64,000 nucleotides of DNA from Paraspadella gotoi. Taxonomy: Eukaryota; Animalia; Chaetognatha. The notes under the pieces were generated by a model that worked only from the letters and a program-made list of their open reading frames with translations, made no database searches and was not told the origin of the DNA. The stretch spans positions 1 to 64,000 of the forward strand of contig CM119266.1 of the NCBI GenBank assembly GCA_051294375.1. The letters run 5' to 3'. Below, piece after piece: positions 1 to 24,362 of the stretch. The translations under genes were made by a program, and so were the position numbers. How positions within the stretch are numbered: the first letter of the stretch is position 1; each line of letters begins with the position of its first letter.

Positions 1-3000
1 ATTAATAATAAATAAGTATAATTTATCAACTATCCATATTTAAATTAAATGATTGGCATAAAGTTTTTCCAAATTGGTTGTACCATTCAATTGCCCAGAA
101 ACCCCCGATGTGAAATCTCCGTTCACGGTGAAACTTCGTCAATAGAAACACACAAAATGTAATCCTATTAAATTTCCATTATTTAAGGCACAACATTCCC
201 AAATTAATGCCAACTTGTCAAAATTGTAGAAACGACGCGGTGCGCTTAAAAAAAAAAGCGCTTCACATTTCCGAGAGCGGCGCATGCCACTTGGTAACGG
301 GGGTCTAAATCTTTCCCTCGAGCAGATCGTTTCTTATCGTTTGCATTGCATGTTTTCCAACTTTGCAGGATTTGCGATGATGAGTTCAGCAAAAACCGCG
401 GAAACTGCCATCAAAGGTTATTTTAAAAACAAACCCCCCAAAAAACGTGTTGGAAATAAAGTAAATTAATCAGCGAAGGCATTAAAAGTTTAGAAGATGC
501 GAGTTAAAAATAAAAACGGAGCCGTACGGCGGCCGTGATTAGAGATTTCGAAGAAATCACCTATTCTGCGGTGTGCTATTTCGCCACGTTACGTTCTCAA
601 TACTCCTCTTGACAAACATCTTTACCTATGGAAAACTCTGTTGGGATGGCGATTACTTTAACAAAGGCGAAAATACATTCAACAACCTAATTTAAACCAA
701 AAATTCTATGATTCAATATTAGAAATGATACGCGAATTAGCAAAACAAACCTAAAGCAAAACTGCTTTATATTCATTGAGATAGAGTGTAGAGAGTGAAA
801 GAGAGAATGAAAGAGAGAAATGTTATTTACTAACATATTTAAAGGGTGTGGACCAACTCAGCGTCCAATGTGACATTATAGAGCCACGCATGACTCTTGG
901 CCTAAAACTTTAAGGCTTCCGAAACTGCCAACAAATTTCAAAGAACCAGTTACCAGGAAATCCCATAAGAAATATTGTCATGAGCCTACTAGTAATTGGC
1001 ATTAAATATTGATGAGCATCCATAATTCCATATATTTCCTAAAATCTCTACATATTTTTGTTAAGATATTCGAGGTGCTCTTTTTTAAAAGAGAAAAAAA
1101 TACATTAAAAAAAAAAAACACAACCATTCTTAATAATTTTTTCTTTCTTTTATTCTATTTCTTTTAATCTTTTCATATTGGTATTATATTTTTTCTGATT
1201 CTTTGATCCTTTATCCAACTTTCTCCCTTCTAATTCTCGATATTCCTTATCAAAATCCAGAAATGTTCGACATTTTTGTTCGACTTTCTTATATATCGCC
1301 AAAGATTTATTTTTCTCTCTAGTTTTGATAATCGGAATTTACAGCGGGCCCTGATTTCACAATCAAAACTCCGGTCTCTTTTTCCTTTTTTTTTTTCTTT
1401 TCCTTAATTTTTACTCAGCTCCGCTAATCTTTATTAACTTATTAATTTATATTTATTTAATCTTTAGTGAATTCCTTCTTTTCTTTACCCAATTTCCTGC
1501 CTTCTTGGTTTATTTTTGGATTTTAAAAAAAATATTTTTACGTTTTTAACAATCATTCTCTTTTTTATTATTATTATTATTTTTTATTTCATCATTTTTT
1601 AATTTTATTTAAAACAACCATTCATGAAATTGTTTATTTTTGTTGAGTGAAAACGATAAATTTTTTGTATCAAATAGCTTTAAAATTCAAACTTTAAAAA
1701 TATTGAAGCTTTAAAAAAAAAAACTATGTATGCCGAGCTGTATATCCTCAATTCAGATTCATAATTTGGTTTGCTCTCATTTTCCTAAGTTGCCCATCTA
1801 TCCTTCCAAAAAAGATAGAAAAATTATAGACTTAGATACTATTTGGACAAAAAACTCAAAGCTATATAATACATAACATACTTTCTATTTAGAGAGAATA
1901 TAAAATATAATAGAACGCTTCGATCGAAACAAAATGGACACAAAAAATTTTTTTATCAAGTGGCTCTTTTGGTTTTGACCCAATTTCGCTATACGTAATG
2001 ATATTGGTACTGACTTGAAACTGCGCTTTCAATATAAAAGAAAGTTTGATCTGGAATTAAAGGGTCATTGGATGGACTCATAATTGCTAATTAAACATAT
2101 TGTAAATTATATCATAAGCATCTTAGTGTTTTGGACTCGCATTAATTTTCAAACAAAAAATCAATGATATGGGAAGATTATATTGTAAAAAATGGGTAAA
2201 AATAGTTACCGTTGTTGTCTACCAATGTTTTATGGGATTTGGTTTATTTGTCCATTGGAAATTGATTTTTTATGGATTCTAATTTAACAAACCAAAAACA
2301 AAAAAACTATTTATTAAGAAAATTTCTCTAACCAATACCTTCAAACTGTATATCATTGCCTGTTGAGTCATTTCCTCAAATTCTCGGTACAGAGTTATGC
2401 CTATGATAGTCTTATTGGACCAGTGGACGTCTTATCTATGCCTTGGAATTTTACCATGATTTAGATAGAACATGGTTGCAGCAGAATTAGTCCGAATGGA
2501 TCTTTAAAAAAAGTGACACTAGATCTTAAGTCTGCCCCTGCTTGACTAAGGCTTATGAAATCACACAATATTGTAAATGGCCAATTCAAACTTACTGGCC
2601 TTTGCATTTCCGCGCGTCTTTTCAACTGATGGAGTATTGTTAAAAATTTTTTTGATTTCAGAGTATTCAATGACAAACAATAAGCGAAAAAAAACAACAT
2701 TGCAGATACTTGTTTTTTAAAAGCGATATCTCTCATTCAAGATTCATTGGTTTAAATGTTTCTTTATTATCTTGTTATTTAATAACTCAATAAAAACTAT
2801 CAAAAGTTATTTTTTATTGTTCTCTCCCATAATTTATTTTCGTCTACTTACACTGAATGACATTACATTATGCTACAAATTGTTTTTATTCGTTATTTAT
2901 ATTTTAGTGGATGTGAAAGAAAAGAACCATTAAATGGCCCATCATTTTAAGCACATTAGGTTCAACAAGGCACATTTTAATTTGAATCTTTGGTTTCATT

Positions 3001-4619
3001 ATTTTTCAACTGAAAGACATACTGCCATTTATGGAACCCATACAGCATTAAATTCGCGAATAAAAAGGCTTTACTTTGGGGTTTTGATAGAAGGTTGAGA
3101 AGTAAACACTGCCCGAAACTGTTAATTTGTATGAAGGGGGCTTGGGAATTCAAAACGCGTCGTAATGGTTTGAGATGTATCAGCCAGATGGAGTTTCTTT
3201 TAACAAAAAATAGGTACCGCATATCTTTTGGTCTTTATTCTAGTGTAAATGGAGATTGTGTTAGACCTATGGAAATTAGTTCGAATCGGGTCTTGCGAAA
3301 GAAATCATCATCAACCTGTCCACTATAAATATTGGGTAACTATAATCTTTGATCCAAATTATATGAGTAGTAATATCTTATGATTTTGGCTGATTGTTAA
3401 GCAGCTCCATAGTTATGTTCATTGCAACTGCCCGTATATCACAAAGTGTTATTCCTTTTACCTTTCAGATAGTGCATTGCTTAGTTTTTGTGTTATTGTG
3501 TTTGTTGTTCTTATACTTCAATTAAGAATTAGTGAAAATAAGATCTGCCTATCAAAATATCGTGTTGAAAACCATTAAACCGCCAAAATTGTTGTATCTC
3601 CATTTTACAATATCAAAATGTATAATATCATAGCAAAGGTGTTTTTTGGCTCATAGTTTATTGGTCTTAATTATGAAAAAATTATTTGGAATGTATTAAA
3701 GTTAAACGTGGCAAGGAATTTTCTTAAATTTCTTATTAATGCTCTTATTCAGCTTTTGCTATTTTTACTGTTTTCAATATTAAAGACATATCGAAGACAG
3801 AAAAATACAAGGGCTGATTATTTGAAGTTTGCTTATTTAAATATTAGTACTCACTCTACTTTTAAAAATATGGAAATCAACGATGCATTCACGAATTATT
3901 TCTTACAATATATTTCAGAAAATTCATCATTTTCTTATTTATTCTACCCTACCATCTCTTTAAATATATCTTTTTATTTACTTTTATTACAAAAAAAAAC
4001 GTAAAATCAACAGTATGCCGTATTTCTTTTGATTTGATTCAACTTTTGTTTATTTCATATTATATTATTTATATAGAAAGCGAGAAACAAAAATTTTTAA
4101 ACTGGATTACAAGCTTAGATAATCGTTCTTTTCCAGCTTTGCCTATTATACACGTTACATGTATACATTGAAACAGACTAATTTTCCACGAGAGGAGCCC
4201 TGAATTTAACCGAAATTAATGAGTTTTGAGTTTCTCGTATTTCATTCCTGTGTGCCAAGAAAAAAATTGTTATTAAAATTTTAGAACCGGCTTCCCATTT
4301 AGAAAAAGTGTTCCGCCGTAAAATTAACAATTTGCCGCAAGAAGGTTTGGAAATATTTGTGAGACTTTTGCATTGGCCAAAGATATTGACTATGGTCAAT
4401 TTTGCATGCATTTACCATTTCATATTATACCAACAATGCGCTCTTTTATATTGTTTAAATCTTAAACCATATTTTTTAATAAAATGTTCTTGCAGTACCA
4501 GATCACATACGGCATGAAAGTGCTCCTCTCCTCTACCTAATGAGTCGCGCTGAGATGTGTAACNNNNNNNNNNNNNNNNNNNNNNNNNTAGCACCGAAAT
4601 TTAGATCTTCCGGTTACCT

Positions 4620-4735
4620 TAACTAACACATACCAAGTTTCTTTTCAATATCTGTCTCTCCCTCTCTCTGGTCTAAACTTGCCCTGTCCTCAACTTTAAC
4701 CACTGTCAAAATCTTTATTGGTAACCTTTCCCTCT

Positions 4736-4770
<35 letters not shown>

Positions 4771-4860
4771 TTTCCTGTAATTTGAAATTGTCTGTCAATT
4801 GACAAGTGCTGATGAAGACTTGAATCGAAATCTAAACATGTCCACTGTTAAAAATAAATT
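4620..4860 (+). mobile_element. Penelope-like element 3' remnant with degenerate hammerhead ribozyme (4805-4846)
   Basis: Pyrimidine tract, (CT)n, then AGTG-CTGATGA-A-GACTT..AAATC-TAAA-CATGTC-CACT (stem I AGTG/CACT intact, GAAA mutated), then AATAAA. Confidence 0.65.
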
Positions 4861-7249
4861 GTTATAGAATTATTTTAAACTCTTTCTCATATTCTATTTA
4901 TATATAGCTGCTTTTAATTTAAAGCAAAGATTTTAAAATGACGTAAATATTAAATAAGTATCAAATCATGAATAAATGTTTTGGATAAATAAATTATTGG
5001 TGAAATGAAAATAGTAAAATAAGTTTTTACAAAATATTATCCTTAGATTCTGCAAAACTTTTTTAAGTAATAATTTAATTTGAATGATTTGCACAATAGA
5101 GATTCTCACTAAAAAAGCTGAAAAAGCGATAGAAACAGCTAAAGACCAGGTCATATGAAATCAATTCAGATACGTATTTAATGCAAGGTAATAAATAGTA
5201 TTTTACCTAAATTTAGATTTATTTATTTTTTCAAGAATTTATTTAAAAAATATTTTTATAAAAAAAAAGTTCTATAAATAAGAAACAAAAATATCTTTGT
5301 TATGTTTTATATTTATTACTTATTAACCTTTATTACTAAGTATTATAAAGGTTTATTTAATAAAACTTCAAAGTTAAAAAAAGGAAACTTATTTGCCATG
5401 TTTTATATGAGATAGGGTTAAGGTTAAGCCAAATAACAAAAAAGTTTACCAATAAATACGTAAATAAGTAAGTTTAATTAAATTTAATCAGTATAATAAT
5501 AAAGTTATTATTAATAATATTAATAATAATGATAAAATAAATATTAATAATAATTAGAATTATGATACTATTTAAAAATTTGTACTAAAATTATCAAAAA
5601 TATTAGTTAAAATCGATTTTATCCTAAAAGTTTCTATAAATTCTTAGGTTCAAACACCGCCAAAAAGGCAATAGTACTCTATCATTTGATCGCTCTTGTG
5701 AGTTTTATTCCGGTCAATTTTTTTTGGTTTTTATGGTTCCAAAGTATAAAGCAGATAAAGAAAAACCAAATAGAAGAAGTCGTTAAGAGAGATCTAGTGT
5801 GGTTATTGATTTTTGGTTGATCTAATAAATATATTTAAAAAAAAAAGATAATTATCTCTTTTTTTGTTTCATTTCGAGTCTCCCTAATTCCGATTGTTGT
5901 TATTGTTATTCTCTTCTTATCTTCAGGTTCAGCTTTCCGCGTCTAATCTAAATCTCCCTGATTCAATTTTCGCAACAGGATTCAATTTACCTTTTCTGGC
6001 TCCTATCACCTATTTTATAGTGTTTCTTTCGTCTTCTTATCATTGGTAAGACTCGCCTTTATGGGTTTGCGAAATTCTCTCTTGGAGTCGGGCCGGGCAT
6101 TGCAATAATTTCACCACGCCTATAAGCAAGACACCTTAATGCCATCAGCTCTCATCTACAAACATGGAAAACTCCTCGGCTTTTTTTCGCTGTTTCCACA
6201 TTCTAGCGACTTTTGCCAAAAATGTTTGACTTCCTTCGTCGCCCACCTCACCCGATCCTTTTGATAATCCCTTACCATCTCCTCTCACCATGATCGACCT
6301 TTCCTTTCCTTCGCTGACCTTCGCGCCATAAAACGTCGAATCGAACGCAAACTCGAGTCCAATTCATTCAAAGAGAAAACTAGAGATGGCAAGTTGAATG
6401 GGTTGCTCCGTTCTCACTTTTTATTTAAAAATATTTTTAAAAGATTATATTATGGTAACAATCGGGTTGCCTGTGATGCCCATTGGGTTGGGGTATCTCA
6501 CTGTTGGCTCTGGGGGTTTCCGACCCTTACTGACGCATCCAGTCACTGGCGCGGTTACCCTAGGACGGTCTCGCTTTGCCAATGCGGATGGAATACAACG
6601 CCAGGGATGGTATGTTCCCCCTCTGAGCCAATAGTATTGGCTGAACGATTGGTGACGTGAGGTGGTGTGAATATTAGAGTGGAGCACTCGAGAATAAAAA
6701 AATTATTTGAATGATCGAACAAGGATATTTAGATGTGAGATAGTATGATTAAATGGTACAAAAAATATTTTGTTCATATTGTCTCGGGAAAAGATTAGTA
6801 AAATACAATATATTTGTAGTAATATTCTTATAAAATAATAAATTTTAAAAATATTTTTTTAAAAACTTTTAATAAAGATTCAGATTCTTCAATAAAAGTT
6901 GAATCAAAAATATAAAACATGTTATCAAAAATTCTGTCATCTTCAGCTTTTAAAACGGGAAAAAAGGTGAAAATTCATGATTTTTTATTCTCTGTAGTAT
7001 ATGTTAAAACTTTTTAATCATTTTTTGTGTTCCAAACATTAAAAAATCATATAACATATTTTATAAAAGTTTCTTAGGTTTTTTCTGTGAACCCAAATCT
7101 GTTCTTAAAAATAAAATAAAAATATTTTGAAATTTAATGATTTTATAAGGATATTACTTCATAAATAATTGAAATTACTATACTGTTATGCTAAAAAATT
7201 TTTAAAAGGATTTAAAATTCATTAATTACATGTCCATAGGCAGCAACAA

Positions 7250-7530
7250 ATTAATGTTCAATCACCTAATCTTTTCATCACTCCACAATAAATTCATATA
7301 GAAGTATGTACCCCGTAACTCAAATAAAATCTGTCCTTACCCTTGGCCTATTCTTATCACTGATCATTATCCTTTCTAAACTCTGTATTGGAAACTTGGC
7401 CCTTTCTCTCTCTCTCTCTCCCTCTTCTTCTTTTGTAGAAAAATTTATGAGCATTTTAAAAAAAACTTTGTCACTGATGAAGGCTCAAACTGTGAGCCAA
7501 AACATGTTCATCAAACAATAAAAATAGTTG
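7250..7530 (+). mobile_element. Penelope-like element 3' remnant with degenerate hammerhead (7470-7512)
   Basis: Same layout; CTGATGA-A-GGCTCA-aactg-TGAGCC-AAAA-CATGTT (perfect stem II, G12 mutated), AATAAA follows. Confidence 0.65.
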
Positions 7531-8650
7531 TTGTTGCAATTAAATAAATAAAAAAATAAAAACACAACAAAAAAGAAAGAATTTATACATAATGTCTAAT
7601 AAAAGCATCTAATATCATTAGTAAATTGATACCGTATTTTTTTGATTAGAAGTTAACAAGATAAATGAATCAACTAAAGAAACGACTGAAAGACCTAAAA
7701 ATGACTTATATACATAGAGTCGCTTCGCTCGTACTCACGGCGAAACTAAAAAGAAAAAGGGGTCGGCTCGTGAGGGGAAGGTGTGGGGTTTGGCGGGTTA
7801 TATGATGGTTGACGTTTGAAAGCAAAAGAGGGGGATGTCCTTTTTCTGTGAGACTCTTGATGGCTTCGGACGTTGCCCCTTTTAGAACGAGCCTTATTGA
7901 TTTTGTATATTTTAAATCTTGTTTACTACATATTAGGCGAATAGAGTTTTCAAAGATAACAGTTTTTTTTTTCAAGAATTAAGCTGTCAGCGTCAATTGT
8001 AAATCAATTGTCTTTATTTCCAGAATTCTTTTCACGGAATGACGCGTCTGTTTTTGAAACACCCACTTAACCTTAAAACCTGTAAGGTTCTGAGGGTTCG
8101 GTCACTAGAAACCTTTAAATGTGAAACGCTACTCCTAAATACTAAAGGGTCACCAATACACAACAAAATTTACTGCGAAGCACTTTTCATTTTTGTTTGC
8201 CTTGGTTGTATCTACCGCGCTAATTTAGGACGCCCTCCTCTCTCTCTCTCTCTCTCTCTCTCTCGTCCGTCTCCTCTCTCTGCTCTCTTCGTCGTCTCTC
8301 TCTCTCGTCTCTCTTCTCTCTCTCTCTCTCTGCTTTCAGCAAAAAAAATTGATCCTCTGGCCAATTAAATTCTCGTCTTCAGACTGACCTAATTAGTTGC
8401 CTCTTTCTCTCTTACTTTATCTTTTTCCTCCCTCCCCTTTTCTTCCACCCTCTCCTCCTCCTCCTCCTCCTCCTCCTCCTCCCTCCCCGCACTTCCGGTT
8501 CTAGTTTCGATTTTCCGTTTTCATATCCTGTTTGTCCGCCGCGAAATCCGGATGCGAGGGCTAAAAATCCGGCCAGTTCCGCGATTAGCGATGTTTTATT
8601 TTCGTTTCGAGTTTGTTTGTTTCTCGTCTCTCTCTCTCTCTCTCTCTCTC

Positions 8651-8684
<34 letters not shown>

Positions 8685-8710
8685 ATCTCTCTCTCTCTCT
8701 CTCTCTACCA

Positions 8711-16271
<7,561 letters not shown>

Positions 16272-16379
16272 CCCTCAATCTTTACATCGACGAAGCCTCC
16301 TGCCTTCCTCCCTGCAGGGAGACCCAGTAATCTCTCTTCGATTCGTTGTTGCACAATCATTCATTCAGAAACAGAAGGC

Positions 16380-16443
<64 letters not shown>

Positions 16444-16839
16444 AACAAACCTAGAAATAAAAAGAACAGAAAAAACCCAAAAAGCCTCGCGTGATCTGGA
16501 TAAAAAGGAGAAAAAATTGCGGGAAAAATAAACAACCATAATAATAAGCAAAAAAAAAAAAAATTAAAATAAAGGCCGAAAGCTTTGGTAAGGCACGCAA
16601 AGGAAGTTATAAACTATTTTCATCCTTAGTCATTTTGATTAAACAATTTGTAACAATTAATTAGTTTGTGAATCGTTACCTGCGACGTCCGTCGAGATCC
16701 GGACTCCATCTTTGTTTTCCTTTTGTTTTAAATTCGTTCAATTCCCTTTTGTTTTTTCTTTTTAAAATTAAAAAAAAAAAAAAATTAGCGATTGTGTCTT
16801 TTGTCTATTTCCCCACAAATTTCTACATTCTGTACGGCG

Positions 16840-17008
16840 GCGATGGCGTCAGCGACGGCGATGGCGATGGCGATGGCGACGGCGACAGCGACGGCAACGG
16901 CTACAGGGACGGCGACAGCGACGGCGACAGCGATGGCGACAGCGATGGCGATGGCGACAGCGACGGCGATGGCGACAGCGACGGCGACGGTGACGGCGAC
17001 AGCGGCAA
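16840..17008. repeat. GC-rich hexamer repeat (GGCGAY/AGCGAC)n
   Basis: Directly visible; lies at the presumed 5' end of the TRPC gene, next to a CpG-rich stretch extending to ~17560. Confidence 0.85.
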
Positions 17009-17299
17009 AGACGATGAAACGCGATTATTTAAAAAAAAAAAAAAAAAAAAAACATCGGTCGACGACGGAGAAGAGAATTGGAGGAAGACGAACGAGGCGA
17101 AGGGAGAGACTGTGAATCGTGAAAACGGTGAATGATTCTCGTGAATTGACGAGAGGAAGAAAAAAGCGAAATGGCTGCTAAGTAAAAGATAAAAGTGAGA
17201 GGGGGAAAACCGAACGAGACGGGACGGAACGATAGAGAGTGAGACGAGCGACGCTGAAAGAGAGAGACACAGAAAGGGAGTTGAGAGTTTAAAAAGTAA

Positions 17300-17331
<32 letters not shown>

Positions 17332-17912
17332 AAGCGTAAATTAAAGTGAATATAATGCGTTAAGGAAAAAAAAGAACTAAAAGGTGATTGAAAATGTCGG
17401 GAAAGAATTAAGAAAATAAAATATGTCAAAATTCGAGTGAATCTGATATGAATTGATTGAAGATCGAGAGATGACGCGCGGGCGACGAAGTGACGCAAAA
17501 CGTCGAACGCGAGTGAAACAAAGTCGAACGTGAATTCGGTGAAAAGGAATATCGTCATCACGTGAATATGAGGAGGAGGAGGAGGAGGAGGAGGACGTGG
17601 AGGAGGAAGTGGAGGGGGGAAAGAGAAAGTAGGAATTCTTTTTTGAAGTCTCAAATAAAGCTTAATTTGATATTTGACATTTCAAATTAGTTTGATTGCT
17701 TCTCAATTATTTAACAAGCAGTACTGAAATAAAAATCTACTTAAAGTTCTAAACAACTAATTAAATTCAATTATTTTCATTGATTTAAAACGGAAAAAGA
17801 TACTAAACAAATAGAAATAAACAAAAAAATAGGGCGCAATCTACATGAATAAAAAGGAGAAATGGCGGCCAATAAAAAGAGAAAATGGAAAGATAAAAGA
17901 TAACCATTAACC

Positions 17913-18527
17913 AATGAGGCGTAGTGAAAGTTACATACGAAAATTCTAAAAGTCAATTATGAACAACATACCATCAGTGAACATTAATTTGTAAAAAAAA
18001 TTAATTTTATGTTTTTTAATTTTTGCAGTAGGCTATATTTATATATAGTACTATCCTTATAAAATCGAAAAATTTCAAAATAAGCTTTTCTTAATTTTGA
18101 TTGCAGATTTGAATTCCTTGTCAAAAGTTGATAAAAAGAAATATAATTATTTTGAAAAAAATTCTTTCATTAAGTGGGTTAAAAATTAAAAAACCTATAT
18201 TTAATATATAAAAAGTTAATTTTAAGCTTAAAATATTGCTTTTTCTAATTTTTGACCCACTTAATGAAAGAATTTTTTTCAAAATAGTTATATTTCTTTT
18301 TATCAACTTTTTATGACGAATCCAAATCTGCAAAAAAATCTTAGAAAAAACTGTTTTGTGGTTTATTTATTGGTTTAGTACTAGTATAAATATGGCCTAC
18401 TGCGTAAATTGTAAAATTTATTATAAATTTTTTTATTATATAAATGTTCATTAATATAATGTTGTTCGTTCCTCACTTTTAGAATTTTAATTAAAGTTAA
18501 ATTTAGAAAATTTACTACGCCTTATTA
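17913..18527. mobile_element. Foldback/MITE-like imperfect palindrome
   Basis: Ends gaggcgtagtg / tactacgcctt; inner arms 18103-18190 and 18240-18332 are reverse complements; centre ~18215. Confidence 0.7.
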
Positions 18528-20249
18528 ACCAAGGTTTCAGACAGAGATAAAGTTGGGGAAATTAATAGGAATTTCAGGTTTAAAATCGATTCAAAAGTAC
18601 GGCCTAATTTTAATTTGACTGTTTTTTAGTATTGTAGCCAATGTGCCTCTCGTGATCTGTCCTCCGACATTTTAAAAGAGCGACATTTTCTAGTTTTTTA
18701 CATTATTTACAAATTAAATAGGAATTAAGTCGTTCAGCTCGCTGAGTTGACATATTTAATGGGGAGGGATGGCGTTTCATTGACTGACTTTTCCAAAAGT
18801 TTTAGGACATTTATAGGACATACATCTTTATATAACATTTCAGCTAAAATTCAGAATTAAATTGGATTTTAGATTTAAAGGTGAGGTTAGGGGTTAAGGT
18901 TAGGGATCAAGTTAGAGATTAGGTTCGACGTTAGGAGATAAGGCTAGAGATTAAGTTCTGATCCCTAAGGATCAGAATTAAGGATTAAGGCTAAAGATTA
19001 GATTAAGTGTTTGGAAATATATTAGAATTAAAATTAAGTTCAAGGATTAGGAAGAGAAATGGGTCGTTTTCGGAAAATAGTGCCAACACTGGCCAACACC
19101 GTCTCTCTGGTTAAAAATAATACCCAAGCTAGGTTATTTAGGCTGAGACAATAGACATTGAAATACGTCATTGCTAAAATGAAACAAAATTCTAAAATGA
19201 AAGATTTCCGAGTTTGAATGCGAGCGAGCGAACTGGCGTTGACGCGCGGTCCCCCCAGAAATTTGTCGACGACAGAAGAAGAGAAAATGCGAAAAGCGGT
19301 GAACGCGAATATGCAAATTGGAAAGATAAGAGCCGGAGAACTTGGAAAACGGCCGGCGTTCGAGAGCGAAAATCGACAGAATCAAGCACCGAGCGACAAG
19401 CAACGGGCGGCAAGCAACGAGGCAACGATATATTTAGATTCGTAATCACCATTTCAAGCCGGTTAGTTTCAAAAAATCGATCTAATGGGTTCAAAAGCTC
19501 GAAAACTAGGAAAAAAGTTTAAAAGCAAAGTCATGGTTATCTTTCGCCGTCGAAGCCCTATTGGTTGTCGTCTCTTTCACTCTTGCTGGACAATCTTAGT
19601 AGTTGTCGTCGTCGTCTTTGTCGTCGTCGTCTTCGTCGTCTTTGTCGTCGTCGTCTTTGTCGTCGTCGTCTTCGTCGTCGAATTCGCAAATAAAAAAGTA
19701 TTTCGGTTCCATCGAACTATCGGATTACAGGCGCCTGGAATTTTTCTTTTCTTTCTCTCTTCCCTTTCCCCTCATCCCCTTTCTTCCCGTTGCAATTTTC
19801 CCTTCTACTTCCTTCGCCCTCCATCGATTCCATTTTAACTTTCTCCTCGATCTTTAATTCGCACAGTTCGCTTGGTTCCATTTTTTTTCCTGCCCTGTGC
19901 CATTGTTCCTAATTTTCAACTCTCTCTCTACTTTTCCATATCTTTGTTACCATTTTTCCAATCTTTTTCTTTGCTTTTTGTATTATTCTAGTTTCTTTAT
20001 GTTTCTCCTTTCTCCTCTTTTTCCTCCTCCTTTCCTCTTCCTCCTCCCAGGGGCCAGAAAAAGTCGGCAAATGCGGACGAGTATCGAATGTGAAACGCGC
20101 GCGATTCAACTTGCCACTTTTCTTACTTTTTTCCTTTATTTTTCTTTACCTCAAGCCTTTCTTTTACTTCTTTTTATCTCTCATTTACCTAGTGATAATT
20201 TATTGTCATTTGTAACGGCGATTGTTCCTTTTTATTCTTTATAATTATT

Positions 20250-23153
<2,904 letters not shown>

Positions 23154-24362
23154 TAGTAATAAGCTATTTGGTTTCTTGATTCCAAATGCTCCCATATATT
23201 TTTATTCTTTTATTCTTTTATTCCGGAAGTTTTTGCTCATTTTTGTTTCTATTTTTCTTTCTATATTTGTTTCTTTCTTTTTTCTATTTTTCTTTCAAAC
23301 CTCCACCGTATTTATTCCTTTCCTATCTCCACTTCTTGTTTTCATCTTTCTCCTACCTTTTCATGCACTCACTTCTGAACGATTCCTGCTCAATCCTCCA
23401 CCACCTCAAATTTTAAGCACTCAGTAGGCTACTCTCTTTCCCTTTTCTCTCCCTCTCTTCATATCTATCTTCCAACTCAAGAGTCACTACCTTCCCCTCT
23501 CCTATCTGACTTTTTATATTTGTTTATAACCTCTTTCCTCCTTTTTAAACGTTTTCTTTCTCCCTTTTCATTTTTCTTTCTTTTTCGTCTCGCTACTTTT
23601 CAAACTTCATCTTCGGCCCTTTCCTCCCTCTATTCTTCCTCCTCTTCTTCTCCAGGGAAGGATTACAGGGTGTTTGCCTTTTTCTTAATCTCGTTGTCAT
23701 CGTCGTTATCGTCGTCGTCGTCGTCGTCTTCGCCGCGAAAATGGACGAAAGATTTTCCTCATGTCCTAGTAAAGTTTCAATGAAAGATATGTTTTTACTT
23801 TTAAATAATTTTATTGATTTTTTATTTTAAACATATTGTTAATTATGTTAATTAGTAAATTAAATTAATATAAATAAACATTTTCCGTCTTGACTGTAGG
23901 CACGTAGGGGGTCGTTGCTCAGAAGCGTAAATCCCGCGGATCCTGCCCTAACGTCGTCAGGTTTTAAACTAAAATTTCCGAGTTCCAGCTAAACTTATTA
24001 CCTTGATTTTAGCCCAGTTAACTCCCAGTTAACCGAAAATAAATTGGGGATTTTTCAAGAGTAAAGTGATTATTTTCAATTGGTGGGAAGCCTGTGCTTT
24101 CGCGACGGCGTCGCTCAGTTGGATAAAAAACAAGATTGAGGGGGCGGACCGACGGACCGACAAAGTGAATTATAGAGTTTGGAATCAAAATTTAGCAGTT
24201 ATATCTTGAAAACTATCATATTAGTGAATAATAATCTGTAATTTTTTATCTTTTTTACAAGCCAGCTTATTTCGTGGTTCGGATGAAGCGATTACTCAAA
24301 TCACACTGAACGTATAATTTAGACATTTAAACAACAAAGAGAATAAGATTTAAAATTACATA

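Noticed and set aside
2340-3500. Decayed coding relics (also 5930-6350)
   Set aside because: Composition suggests old transposon ORFs but no motif could be identified confidently.
7738-7745. Possible 7-nt micro-exon (tttag|TTTCGCC|gtgagt) on minus strand
   Set aside because: Splice-like signals only; cannot be tied to TRPC sequence.
16668-17135. GD-repeat ORF (DGDGDSDG...) as a calcium-binding or structural protein
   Set aside because: Simple hexamer repeat bounded by poly-A runs; no splice or homology support; lies at the TRPC 5' non-coding region.
18885-19050. Interstitial telomeric repeat
   Set aside because: Only highly degenerate TTAGGG-like hexamers, typical of low-complexity repeat internals.
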